A stretch of 64,000 nt of DNA from Adineta vaga (taxonomy: Eukaryota > Animalia > Rotifera). The position numbers and the translations under genes are program-made. The stretch is taken from assembly GCA_021613535.1 (NCBI GenBank), contig CP075495.1, positions 12,586,001-12,650,000 of the forward strand. The letters run 5' to 3'. How positions within the stretch are numbered: position 1 is the first letter of the stretch; each line of letters starts with the position of its first letter. The notes below the pieces were generated by a model that saw only the letters and a list, made by a program, of their open reading frames with translations, did not search any database and had not been told where the DNA came from. This document shows positions 1-11,259 of the stretch, piece after piece.

Positions 1-1171
1 CTAATGTGGGACATAGATTTAAACAAATTAACCAATATGGATCGGGTTCATCGATATATTCAATTCTAAACAATTGATATCGACCGCCAAACCAGAGAAC
101 TGTTTCTTCATCTCTTATTCGTCCATATGGAATTGTTTCACGTATAGTTGAATCAATATTGATTTCAAATACAACTTTATGTTTATTCTCGTCAATAGTA
201 TGAATAGAATTTAATGTTGTCTGTCGATTTGTATATGTGAATAATGATTCCGTTATGATAATAGTTTGACCAATACGATGTTTCATAGCATCGAATTCAT
301 CTGCAGTTAAGTATTGACCATGATAAGTAGTAAATTTCGTTTGATCTTTATTAATTTTTTCTTGTTCTACTATTAATTGTTTATGAAAGTGTCGTATGAA
401 CCAACGAAGTTTCCATAATTTCATTAAATCATTAGAATTGATATCTAGAAATACTAAATCTGATCGATACCATTCTTGAATTGTTTGATCGGGATTAAAA
501 TAGAGTTGTGGCATTTCTGCATGATCTGATTCGTTATTATTCTGATGTGTTTCACAATAATCAGTAAAATCTTCAATACCATCATCTGAACTTTGAAATA
601 GAAGATTTACTGCAAGATAATCAAATATATTATAATCATCAGTAAAGCGTTCTCGTCGATATGGTTTTAGTTTTGGAGATTCTGGTAACGATGGTTGATC
701 ATCTTGTTGCTGCTGCTGCTGCTGCTCTTCTAGTTCTTGTTGCTGTTGTTCAAAAGTATCTTGCATATCGAACTGCATACATTGAACAATTTTATTGATT
801 TCTGAAAAGACACATCGAACTTTATCACATGTTTGTGCCCATCGGCCATGTTTTACTGTATCGAAACAAAAAATATAGATATATTTGATTTGTATCAATG
901 GCTGTAAACGATCACGTACAAGCATTTGACCATATTTTCCAGAAGTAAGAATCGATAAACAAGGTGTTTTAATATCCATCGATTCGATTAAATCAAGACA
1001 AGCGTCTGGATTCGTAAATATAAAAACATTGTCAAACAATGAAAGAAATACTTCTTTAACTTCATCTTCTTCTTCAGCAGTATCATCCAGCCAAATAAGA
1101 ATTTGTCCATGATTCTTAGTAGTTTGTGATGCATCAGTAATATCTCCGCGTGATCCAACAGATACTGCCAT
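1..1171 (-). CDS. ADP-ribosyltransferase (ARTC-fold)-like protein with N-terminal receiver-like domain; partial, runs off the window start
   Basis: Open frame from ATG 1171 to the window edge, absent from the ORF track because it has no stop. Translation includes ILIWLDD..ILTSGKYGQ..IYIFC..HGRWA..KVRCVF, a poly-Q stretch, then EWYRS..KLRWFIRHFHKQL..TTYHGQYLTADEF..GQTIIITESLFTYTNRQ..VVFEINID..IPYGRIRDEETVLWFGGRYQL..YWLICLNL. This matches the layout of the expanded bdelloid ART/TPR family as I recall it. Confidence 0.75.
   Translation of the reverse strand, partial: MAVSVGSRGDITDASQTTKNHGQILIWLDDTAEEEDEVKEVFLSLFDNVFIFTNPDACLDLIESMDIKTPCLSILTSGKYGQMLVRDRLQPLIQIKYIYIFCFDTVKHGRWAQTCDKVRCVFSEINKIVQCMQFDMQDTFEQQQQELEEQQQQQQQDDQPSLPESPKLKPYRRERFTDDYNIFDYLAVNLLFQSSDDGIEDFTDYCETHQNNNESDHAEMPQLYFNPDQTIQEWYRSDLVFLDINSNDLMKLWKLRWFIRHFHKQLIVEQEKINKDQTKFTTYHGQYLTADEFDAMKHRIGQTIIITESLFTYTNRQTTLNSIHTIDENKHKVVFEINIDSTIRETIPYGRIRDEETVLWFGGRYQLFRIEYIDEPDPYWLICLNLCPTL
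704..752 (-). repeat. CAG/CAA-rich tract encoding poly-Gln in the ART-like gene
   Basis: (ctg)n/(ttg)n run on the + strand around 704-752. Confidence 0.7.
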
Positions 1172-3075
1172 GTAATCTTTCAAATTTTCTCCAACTTAGA
1201 ACAAAATAAAACGTGGTAGTTATGTTTTTTTTGTTCTGTTCTTTACACTCAGTATCTACATTTACTGGAGTAGCGCAATGTTATTTGTCAATTGAGTCTT
1301 TTTTCTTCCTTTTCTTTCGGCCTTGTTGGAAAAAATATAAGTAGGTATAAAAATCTCCTACTAAGACTTTTAAAAAGTAAACACAAATAGTTTTGTTAAA
1401 TTTAAATAATATGGGAATTTTATTTTGAAAGAAAAAAAGATTTGATCAATCTATTGTTTGTGTTTTCTTGTTTGATTTCTTCTCTGCCAGTAAGACATTG
1501 TAATTATAGAACTCAGTTAATGAATAGTGTGTACTTATTCGATTTTTTATGATTATTAAACTTTGATTAAAAAAAAAGAACACGTCTGTAGTTCGAAAAA
1601 GATGGAATGCAGATTGATGGCACAAAAGAAGAAATATTTTGAAATATTGATTTATTCATCTATCCTATGATCATAGTAATAGAGAATGTACATATACCGT
1701 ATGTTTATTTTAACACGATGTAATAACTTATGTATATAGCAATTCATTGCATTTTATAATATCTATCACATCATTTTCTTAGTTAAAGAAATTGTGATTG
1801 AAAATTCTATATAGCATCGTTGATACTATCAATCCAATAGTATATATCTATATATCGAGTATATACGATTTCGTGATGATTAATATTCATTGAGAATTGG
1901 AATTCATTGATGTATGTGAATACATACGAATATGAGCACCAAAGAATAATACCGTCTAGAATTTAATGTCCGATAAGAAAAAAACAAAACACTTCACTCT
2001 TCACACTTCATTACAATGTATATTTTTGTTGATCTTTCTTACTATATCGAATATATTTTCACAACTCAATTAAGTTGTACATTCTTACGAGTTAGTTAAA
2101 TCTGACCAAATGCATGTTGAAGTGATAGTATACAATTTACTATGTTAACAATAGTCAACCGGTAGAATCATTCTATTTACTTTAAATATATATACATATG
2201 TCACTAATTGTATATGTTTAAGTTTACATAGGTATTGTTAACGGGAAATTGTAGAATAATATTGATATAACGCCCATTGTATGTTTGTAAAATAGTTTAA
2301 CACTATTATTAGTTTTACATGAATGAGCTTCAATGACAATCAATTCTATTCTAAGTAGAGTCAAACGATATAATAACTAAGACGTAGAATGAACAAATAC
2401 AATTTTATTGTCGATATACTACGGCAATTATACTTAACTGTTATCACTTCATTCTACACTTGTCTACGAAACTCTTGAGCAGATATAACCAATTACAATG
2501 TTGATAATGAACATCCTTAAGACTTTATTAATTCATATGTTAAATATGGGAACAATCAGTCATAAAATCTGTCTTCTTTTTATCTTCGTAATACTGACAC
2601 TCAATCACATAGAAATGGCTTCATCTTTCATACTGAATCAATTCTAAATGAAAGTCTACTGAAGCTTTCGATTCATTCGTAAAATTAAAATCATATGTCA
2701 TATACATCTTTTGTTTGCTCGAGGTATACTCGACCAGACGATACAGAATTGTTTCTTTTCGATCAAATTTTTATTTTATTTAATCGCTTATCCTTCAATA
2801 CATATATACCTTCGGTCATATGCATTCTTCCATTAAACGGTGAACTCTTGACCAATCTTTTTGTTTCTTCTCTCTCTCTATTTTTTTTGCATCTCTCATT
2901 CTCATGCGTATATAGAATATGTCCTTTAGTTATAATACACACCGACTCAATCGATTTCTTTTCATTGTTTTGCCATCATTGATCTTTATATAAGCATTTA
3001 CATCGATTATTATTCATCACTCTCTCTGTTTCTTTCATATCGTTCTTGGAAATTTAGCAACATAACAAAAAAGAA

Positions 3076-4637
3076 ATGTACCGAATAAGTTTATACAATC
3101 TTCTGATTTTATTCATTTTTTTACAAATTTTCTCAAAAATCCAATCTAACTCTTCAACAACAATTTCATCAATAGTGAATAATGAAACAATACCATTATT
3201 ATGTAGTTATTGTGAAACAAAGGCATGTCGTTGTTCTTCAACATATAATACTTTGAATTGTTCATCATATCTATTAAATTTAACATTTGCTTCAAATTGT
3301 GTAGAAAATCAAATTTGGAATCTCGTTGATTTTTCTTCACGTAATTTCGAATCATTCGATTCGACTCAACTTCTATCATTACGTATGTATCGTCTGTTAT
3401 TAAAATCAAATTTCATAATTAAAATATATGATCACGCATTTGATTCAATCGCTGATTCACTCATTGAACTTGATTTACAAATGAATCAAATATCAAATAT
3501 TTCATCAAAATGGTTCAATTCTAAATTTCATCGATTACAAATATTAAATCTTGCTTTAAATCAATTAGAAACATTTGACGATTTTGATCATATTCATTTA
3601 CCAGCTCTACGAGAATTAAATTTATCTGGAAATCAAATTGAATTCTTTCCAAAGCAAATTCATCAATGGATATCATTAACAAAACTTGATTTATCATTTA
3701 ATAAACTTTCTAGTATACCAAGATTTGCACTATTTGGTCTTCAAAATTTAAAATGGTTATCATTGGCATCGAATAGAAATTTAACTTGTAAATATTAATC
3801 AACAGAATATATCTCATTCGAATGTTTAATTTATATTTAGGTATTGTACAAGATTCATTTAAACATTTGAGATTATTAAATTATCTCGATTTATCAAGTA
3901 CAAATTTATTTACTGTTGATGGTTGTATTTTTCTTCAATTGATCAGTTTAAAAATATTGAAAATCGAACGTGTAACTATGAACTGTTCATCGTGTTGGTT
4001 ACCTATTGCAAGAAAGAATTCAATTCAATCGATTGGACAATGTCTTGATAATAGTACAATACATAATCTCAGTTCATTAACTGATCAACAACTCGATTCA
4101 TCATGTTCAAAATCATCTATTGATTGTTCTACAGACTCTTGTGAACCAGGTTCATTCAATATTGATTCAAAATCTCTTTCTTCAATGAGACAATTATCAA
4201 CTTTAGCTAAAAATTCTAATGCATCAAAAAATCGTACAATTGAAATTGTCCTTGCGATTATATTCAGTATAATTGCTTTGTTGATTATTATATTTATTGT
4301 TATTTTAGTCTATCGATGGAAGCAAGGTAAAAAATTATTATGTTGCAATTTATTCCCAGCATCATCCACAATGTTTGGAGTAGTACGACGCAATCGTCAT
4401 CAACATCAAAAACAAATTATAAATAACAATCCAACAATTATCGAATCCGTAGTTACACATGGAGCAAATATGGATGTTTCACCTTCATATGAATTAAGTT
4501 CGAATAATAAGCGAAAACTTTATAATCCGATGTTTACCGATACGCCATCAAACGACATGAATTCTCCACAATCATCAACAATTTTTTTGAATGAGAATCG
4601 CTTCCAAAAGAATCAATTACTTTCAGAAAATCTCTAA
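3076..4637 (+). CDS. Leucine-rich-repeat single-pass transmembrane protein (2 exons; intron 3788-3840)
   Basis: Signal peptide, Cys-rich LRRNT, multiple LxxLxLxxNxL repeats, Cys-rich LRRCT, TM helix (IVLAIIFSIIALLIIIFIVILV) and a cytoplasmic tail with LYNPMF. A GT..AG intron joins the 240 aa and 271 aa ORFs in frame. Confidence 0.85.
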
Positions 4638-4992
4638 CAAATTCGTATGTTTATGTGTGGAAGATGTATCGGATAGGTGAACGTGTATGTGTGTGTGTGA
4701 TTATAGAAGTTTAATAAATATACCTTGTATTGTTTTTCACTTACAGCAAAATGTATTTGAATGTATTTAAAAGAAAATAAAAGCGAAGAAAAGTAAAATG
4801 CAGACGGTTTAATTTTCAGAATAAAAACACTTTTGATTACAAGAAAACATTGAGAAAAAAAGAAGAGGTAAGTTGAGAAGTTGTTTTCATTTTGAAATCG
4901 AAAACAAAAAGACCATTTTATTACAATTATATTGGACGGTATAAATTTGCATTTTAGTTTTGTTTTCAATAAGGTTAAAGTTACAAACAAAT

Positions 4993-5538
4993 ATGAGTAC
5001 TCAACCTAATATGAATACTGATCATTGGAGTAAAATGCGTATGAATGTAAGCGATAGAATATTGTCTTTATGGTAATTTATTCTTTCATGTACATCAAAC
5101 AAATAGGTAATAAAAAGTGCGATTAATACAGAACAACGTGGACGGGTTCTCGTTTGGGAAAAACATCAACAAACAGCTGCACAACATGAATTGGAAGCTG
5201 CTATTCGTGGGACTCGTAGTCTACCACAATTTCGAGTTGGACGTGTCCATAATTTTCAAGATATTCTCAGAACTGAACTGAATGGTTATCTTCCTGGTTC
5301 TGCATATCTTCATCGACGAGCTGATCAATCTCGATTACCTTCGTTTGGACATCCGAAAAAACTTATCCATCGTAAGTAAAAAACGACTGATTATATTTGA
5401 TCTGTTTTCTCTTTATTTTCAGTTCGTCATCCATTATTGACTGGTTCTCGATATACTTTAATGACATTACCAACTGATCCTCGAAGTGATCAAACACGAA
5501 GTCGTGTGCCAGTTTTACAGTGTCGTGGAAAAATTTAA
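4993..5538 (+). CDS. Small basic protein of unknown function (3 exons), possibly a ciliary/microtubule-inner protein
   Basis: ATG 4993; introns gtaagc..aaatag (5047-5106) and gtaagt..ttcag (5372-5422) splice in frame to TAA at 5536-5538. Confidence 0.65.
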
Positions 5539-5666
5539 TTTCTTTTTTATTATATACCTATTCTTACACATACATCAAATAAACACGACAAAAAAAAAGT
5601 ATCTAAGAAATTCGTCATATACGTTTTTGTAAACAGTAATAAAAAAACATGAACTTTTCATTTCGA

Positions 5667-7027
5667 TTAATATAAGAAATCATCTAAGTTTTTTGATGGT
5701 TGTAAACCATTTGCTAATGAATAACGAATATTCCAACGAAGTGCTGAACGTTTTTTTGCTGTTGGTACAACATAATTATTCACACGTGGAGCAGATTTTC
5801 TCTGAGAAAAAAAACGAAAATATTTTCGATTAAGATAAGATCAGATCATAGAACTTACTTTAGCAGGAACATCTTTTTGTAAAAGTTGATCTCGAATAGC
5901 CCATCGTAAACTTTGATGAGATTTTTCTCCTGGTGCACGTTGCATTGCCCATTGTTGTTGATAATATGAATGAAGGTGAACTGTATCTATTCGATTATTT
6001 GAAAAACTCCGAGAACGACGAAGAGATGCTGTTGATGCTGTCGATGGACGAATAACTAATTATAGGAATAACAAAAAAATAATCAAATATTTTATACGTT
6101 TATTAAACATACATGATTTAACAGGAAGAACCGATGCTGTCGAACGAGTCTATTTCAAAGAAGAGAATAAATAAGAAAATTATAGTTAAATCTCTTACAT
6201 CATCACTGTAAGTCGAATGATTATCAATATCTGAGGCAGATTCAATTCGTCGACGAACTTGTTTCTGTTGATTGGGAAGATCATGTACATAACTAACATC
6301 ACGTGAATCAAGTACAGAACCTGTTTCTAAATAATGAAAACACATGATTATAATGATTCTAACATTTCTTTGTCTCCTTCATCCAACCTGATCTTGATTC
6401 ATCACATACAGTTGCTCTACCATTATAGTGTCTAAATAAAACTATTAAAAGTAAACTTCTCTTTTAATAAAATTATCTATTTACCGTAAAACTTTTCGTT
6501 TAATAATTCTTTGTGATGATGTATCACTTCGATTATCATCATCGTTCATTCGTGGATGATAACTTGATATACTTTAGAAGAATATTCAAAAAATTTAAAT
6601 AGAATAAAAATAAAATTACACTAACGTTGGTGTATTCGTTTCATCGAGACTTTCATCATCATCGTCATCTGGTTCATTTCGATTAAAATCATTATCTGAC
6701 GAACTTGGTTGATGCATCTAAATATTTAACTTTTCATTATAGTAAAAAAACACATGAGAATTGACTTTATTTACAGTAAAATCAACATTTGATTGTTGTT
6801 GAACGATTGATCGTTTACTTTCACGTGAATCTAATTAATTAAAGAAAATAAATGTTAGCGATATGGTCATAGGAGTTAAACTAAGTTCTACTTTGATTTT
6901 GATCATTTTGAGCAAGATCTTCAAGATCATTTTGAAATTTTAAAAGAGTTTGTTTTGATAAACTGTTATAACCTAACCGAGCAAGTTCAAGACGAATTTG
7001 TTCTAACGAAAAAGTACTTGTCGCCAT
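5667..7027 (-). CDS. HYLS1: Hydrolethalus syndrome protein 1 (centriole/basal body protein), multi-exon
   Basis: N-terminus [23 protein letters not shown]; C-terminal HYLS1 box [51 protein letters not shown]. Confidence 0.88.
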
Positions 7028-7108
7028 TAAAATTGAATTAAACCGATTCAAAGAAAAAGAAATTCAAATTCAAATTCCAATGATAGAACGAGGCGACTAT
7101 TCACACTC

Positions 7109-7122
7109 GTTTCCATCGTAAC
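7109..7122. promoter_or_regulatory. RFX X-box-like element upstream of HYLS1
   Basis: GTTTCC-AT-CGTAAC, one mismatch from GTHNYY-AT-RRNAAC, about 80 bp upstream of the ATG of a ciliary gene. Confidence 0.55.
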
Positions 7123-8106
7123 ATGCATTGCACTGACTATTCTCGACCAGTCAAAATTGAACCGATAGATTTGATGCGACCTCTTTAAGTCAGAACATAT
7201 TTTTTGACGAAAAAACAACATACACGGTTCAAACTGTACTATTTGGTGAAATCATAGCTATTCCTTTAATTTCACTAACACTGGATTAACATTTTAAACG
7301 GTATACTGTATTATTTTCTCATCTACTTCAAATCTAGATATTTGTGTCAAACATATTTTCAATTTTAATGAATATAATGAAAATTAGGCAAAAAGTATTA
7401 ATATTGGTATCAGTATCATTGACAATGAAAAGTGTAATCGGAAGAATGAAAATAAGAATAAGATCATATACATATGTACCAGTAACACAACGTTACAGAC
7501 AAGAAAAGAAAAAACTAGTCAGTTATCAGTCCGACTCGACATGATTAAGTTTTCTAAAACAACATCAAAGAAGCCTTCTGATCTTTAGTGGCGTATTTAT
7601 GCTATATAACATACTATTGCGTGCAGTATATTTTGGAAACCGTAGAATCCAGGATCCGTTTTTCCTCCTTGAAAATTTGAAGAAGTCGATTTTTTGTTCT
7701 TTACGGTGTGTGAGCTAATAAACGATCGAATGGTGTCACGGTTTGGTTCGTTTGGAAACTGATTCATATGTAAGCGAGGAGTTTCAATTTATATTATTTC
7801 TGAGAGAGATATTCGTTCGTTTCTTTGCTTGATTGTTATGAAAGAGAGTTGAAATATATAATGTATGGACTATCGACTTACCTTGTACATATAGACATCT
7901 ATCGGATTTTTTTGCGTCCATTTTATTTTATCCGACTGGTTATACTTTATTGGAACATTACTGAGCAACGAAGTAAAGTAAACTACTTGGAACGGTTTTA
8001 AAATGTTTTGTTTGCAATTGCAATCAATAAACTCTGTCTTTTTTCTTTTGGTTTCTAATATGAATATTTTATATTCTAGATTTAGTTCTATAATCAAAAT
8101 CAAATC

Positions 8107-9605
8107 ATGCCATCGGAATATGAACGTAAATTAATTGAAATGCAATCTCATATTCGTGAAAATAATGCCTATCTCGATGATTATATGAAAGATTTGAATT
8201 CTTGGACAGATGAAATAAAGAAAAAAGAAGAAAATTTAAAGACAAAAACAACAAATAGTTCAATCTCAACAGCTAAAGATCTTCCACCAGTACGAAATTT
8301 TATTGAACCAGCAAAACCAAAAAAGAAATCGAAAAAGAAAAGTGATAGTAAACAAGTACAAAATACTACATCTTCATCCATTCATGCATATGATTATCGT
8401 GCTTGGGATAAATATGATGTCGATGCTGAATGTGAACGAATTGATAAAAAAGACGAAGATGAAAATGAAGATGAAAATGGTGGTGATGATGATGATGATG
8501 AAGCAAATGATGAAGATGAAGAATGGCAAGAAGAAGTTTTAAAAAAGAAAGCTGAATATTATAAAGAATGTGGTAATTATCAATTTAAACAAAAATCTTA
8601 CGCTGAAGCAATTGAATTTTATACGAAAGCTATTGAATGTAATCCAATATCTCCGGTCTATTTTGCAAATCGTGCTCAATGTCAGTTATTTGAACAACGT
8701 TATGGTGCTTGTGAAGCAGATTGTACATTAGCCATACAAAATGATAAAAATTATTTAAAAGCTTATTATCGACGATCATTAGCACGTATTGAACTTGGAA
8801 AAATTGATCAAGCAAAAGAAGATTTAGAATATGTTCTATCACGTGAACCGGCAAATGTTGATGCAAAAACGAAATTAAATGAAATCATTAAAAATGACGA
8901 AATTAAACGATTAGGAAGAGTCTATCCATTACACAATAAACCTTTGGATCAACGATCAACAAAACCTTTGAAAAGAATTGAAATACAAGAAATTGACACA
9001 TCAATTATTACTCCAAGTGAAACAACAAAGAAGAAGAATATTGTCATCGAAGAAATAGAAACAACAGAAGTGAGCTGATTTTCTTTTTTTCATGTAATTT
9101 TATTCATTCAATTGTTTAGATGCCAACGTTTTCCGAACCAGTTCCAATACTACCCGTGCCAACACCAGCACCACCATCCCATCCTTCGTCAACTTCACAA
9201 TCTGAAAAGCTTCCACCAAAATTAATTATTATTCCAACATCCATCCCAACTACAGGTTATCAATTTAAACGTGATTGGTCTAATTTAAATAATCAACTTG
9301 AACAACAATCAATCTATTTCAATAATATACCACCTACATCCTATAAAACAATATTTTCTACTGGAATTGATTCTTCTGTTTTCTCACGAATTTTACTTTT
9401 CTGGTCGAATAAAACAGATATTGATGAATATTTAATCAATTCTATGTATGAACTTCGTCAAACACCACGATTTAATACACAACTAAGTTTTCTTGGTAGT
9501 GAAGATAAACAATTATTACAAACAACTTTAGACAGATTACAAACAAATTCTCTATTTTCAATGGAAAAAATCCAAAAAATATTACATGATTATAAAACTG
9601 ATTGA
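8107..9605 (+). CDS. RPAP3: RNA polymerase II-associated protein 3 / R2TP co-chaperone (TPR domain plus RPAP3_C); 2 exons, intron 9070-9119
   Basis: N-terminus MQSHIRENN..DYMKDLNSW, YDYRAWDKYDVD, three TPRs (KECGNYQFK..NRAQC..KAYYRR) and C-terminal PTTGYQFKRDW..TPRFNTQLSFL. Confidence 0.9.
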
Positions 9606-11259
9606 GAACAAAGTTAACCATTGTTTACTGTGTTTTTTTTCTTTCTTTCTTTCTAATAAATGAACCTAAATAAAGTTCAATATTTGTTGCATGAGAAAAA
9701 GTCATTTCATTTAGCAACTTTATCATCAGACAAAAAACACTTTAACTTCTAATTGATGATTAGAGCAATTATAGCGAATAATATACTTTGGAGAAAAAAA
9801 GAAAACAATCTTTTTACTCAAAAAGGAATTATACACTCAAAAATGATATAATTTCATGAATTTATATATATATATAACCATTCCAATAGTACCCTTTCAT
9901 GTTTGTTCAACATTGTGTGAATAAGCATCTTAATTACTTGATCGATCTTATCAGCAATGATAGACGTAGACGAGGAATTTTATCAACCATCTGTTTTTGT
10001 ATGACAAACAATGCTTGATTATGTCAGTAATCAACCTTTTTTCTGCATGAGTTATGCACAATTCATTAAGACAATGGTGTTTAATTTATTTGAAGTACTA
10101 GTATATTTCGATGTATTAAAATAAATTAGAAACAAATTCACATATGACATTCTATCTTTAAGGTTTTTTTAATGTTTTTTGTTCTAAATATAAATCTTCG
10201 TTTTCTAAATGTTTTCCAAGCAGTTTACTATTAATCACTTCATTGCCTGTGAGCTGTTTTATTCATTTGTTCGCCTACGTCTTATTCACATCCTTTGGAA
10301 AGAAAGGATGCAATGAACAGCCTTATTGTCGCCCACATTTGTCCTCGAAATGCTTGTAGAATAACAAGAGCAATAGAAAATGACAAAGGCGAAAGAAAAG
10401 AGAAAAAATCGAGAAGATGCAGAGGCGTTCTATGTTATTCTCTAGTTTTATGGGAACTACTCATTTCCATTTTTTTTCTTTATCCATCAAATATATACGC
10501 AATTGAATGCTGATGACAGTCCTGTCTATTTTTTCTGACGATGAACATTGCGTGAGCGTATTGACGGTCGATAAGACCGGAAGAGAACGAGAAGGCGAAA
10601 CAACAATCTTTCTCTTCTCTTCTTCTTCTTTTTCTATAACTTGTTTTTCAACAAAACGGAAACGAAGAAGAAGAAGAAGAAGAAAACTATAGTTCTTTTT
10701 TTTTATTGACGCACCTACATGCAAAGACGTACAAAGCTCGATGTATGCTATTCATCATAATTCTCGCCTGATGTGAAATCAGAAGAAAAAAACCGATTAC
10801 TAAACAGCAAAAACGGAAAAAAAACGTAACTGATGTGTATACTTCAAAAGAATGATTTTTGTAATATAAACGGAAAAAAATGATCTATTAAGTTCTTTCT
10901 ATTTTGCAATTAGCTTTTTCACAGACGTTGAACATATGGTTGTCAGAGAAAAGAAACGTATATAATATTTCTTTTACAATATCACAGTAGATAATAATGA
11001 GAGGAGAGAAAGAAAAGAATTCATTCTTTTCCAACATAGTTTTATATAATGTCACTACAGAACTATAATTACTGGGCAAAAAAAGAGAATCTTTCTCGCT
11101 CGCTCATTTTTTTTTTCTTGCTATATTTTCTCTCTCTCTTTTTTTTCCGGGCAACAAGAAGAACGCATGGTTGACATCAAAATAATAATAAAACCAACAA
11201 TAACAAACACTACTACCACTCTTTCTACTCATGCCCACACGTTGTGGTAGTGAGTGAAC

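Noticed and set aside
2695-2982. 95-aa ORF upstream of the LRR gene
   Set aside because: Low-complexity Phe/Leu/Ser translation of T-rich promoter/UTR DNA; no motifs.
10295-11079. Several overlapping short ORFs upstream of PTPRN
   Set aside because: They arise from AG/CT-rich microsatellite-like regulatory DNA; no splice or homology support.
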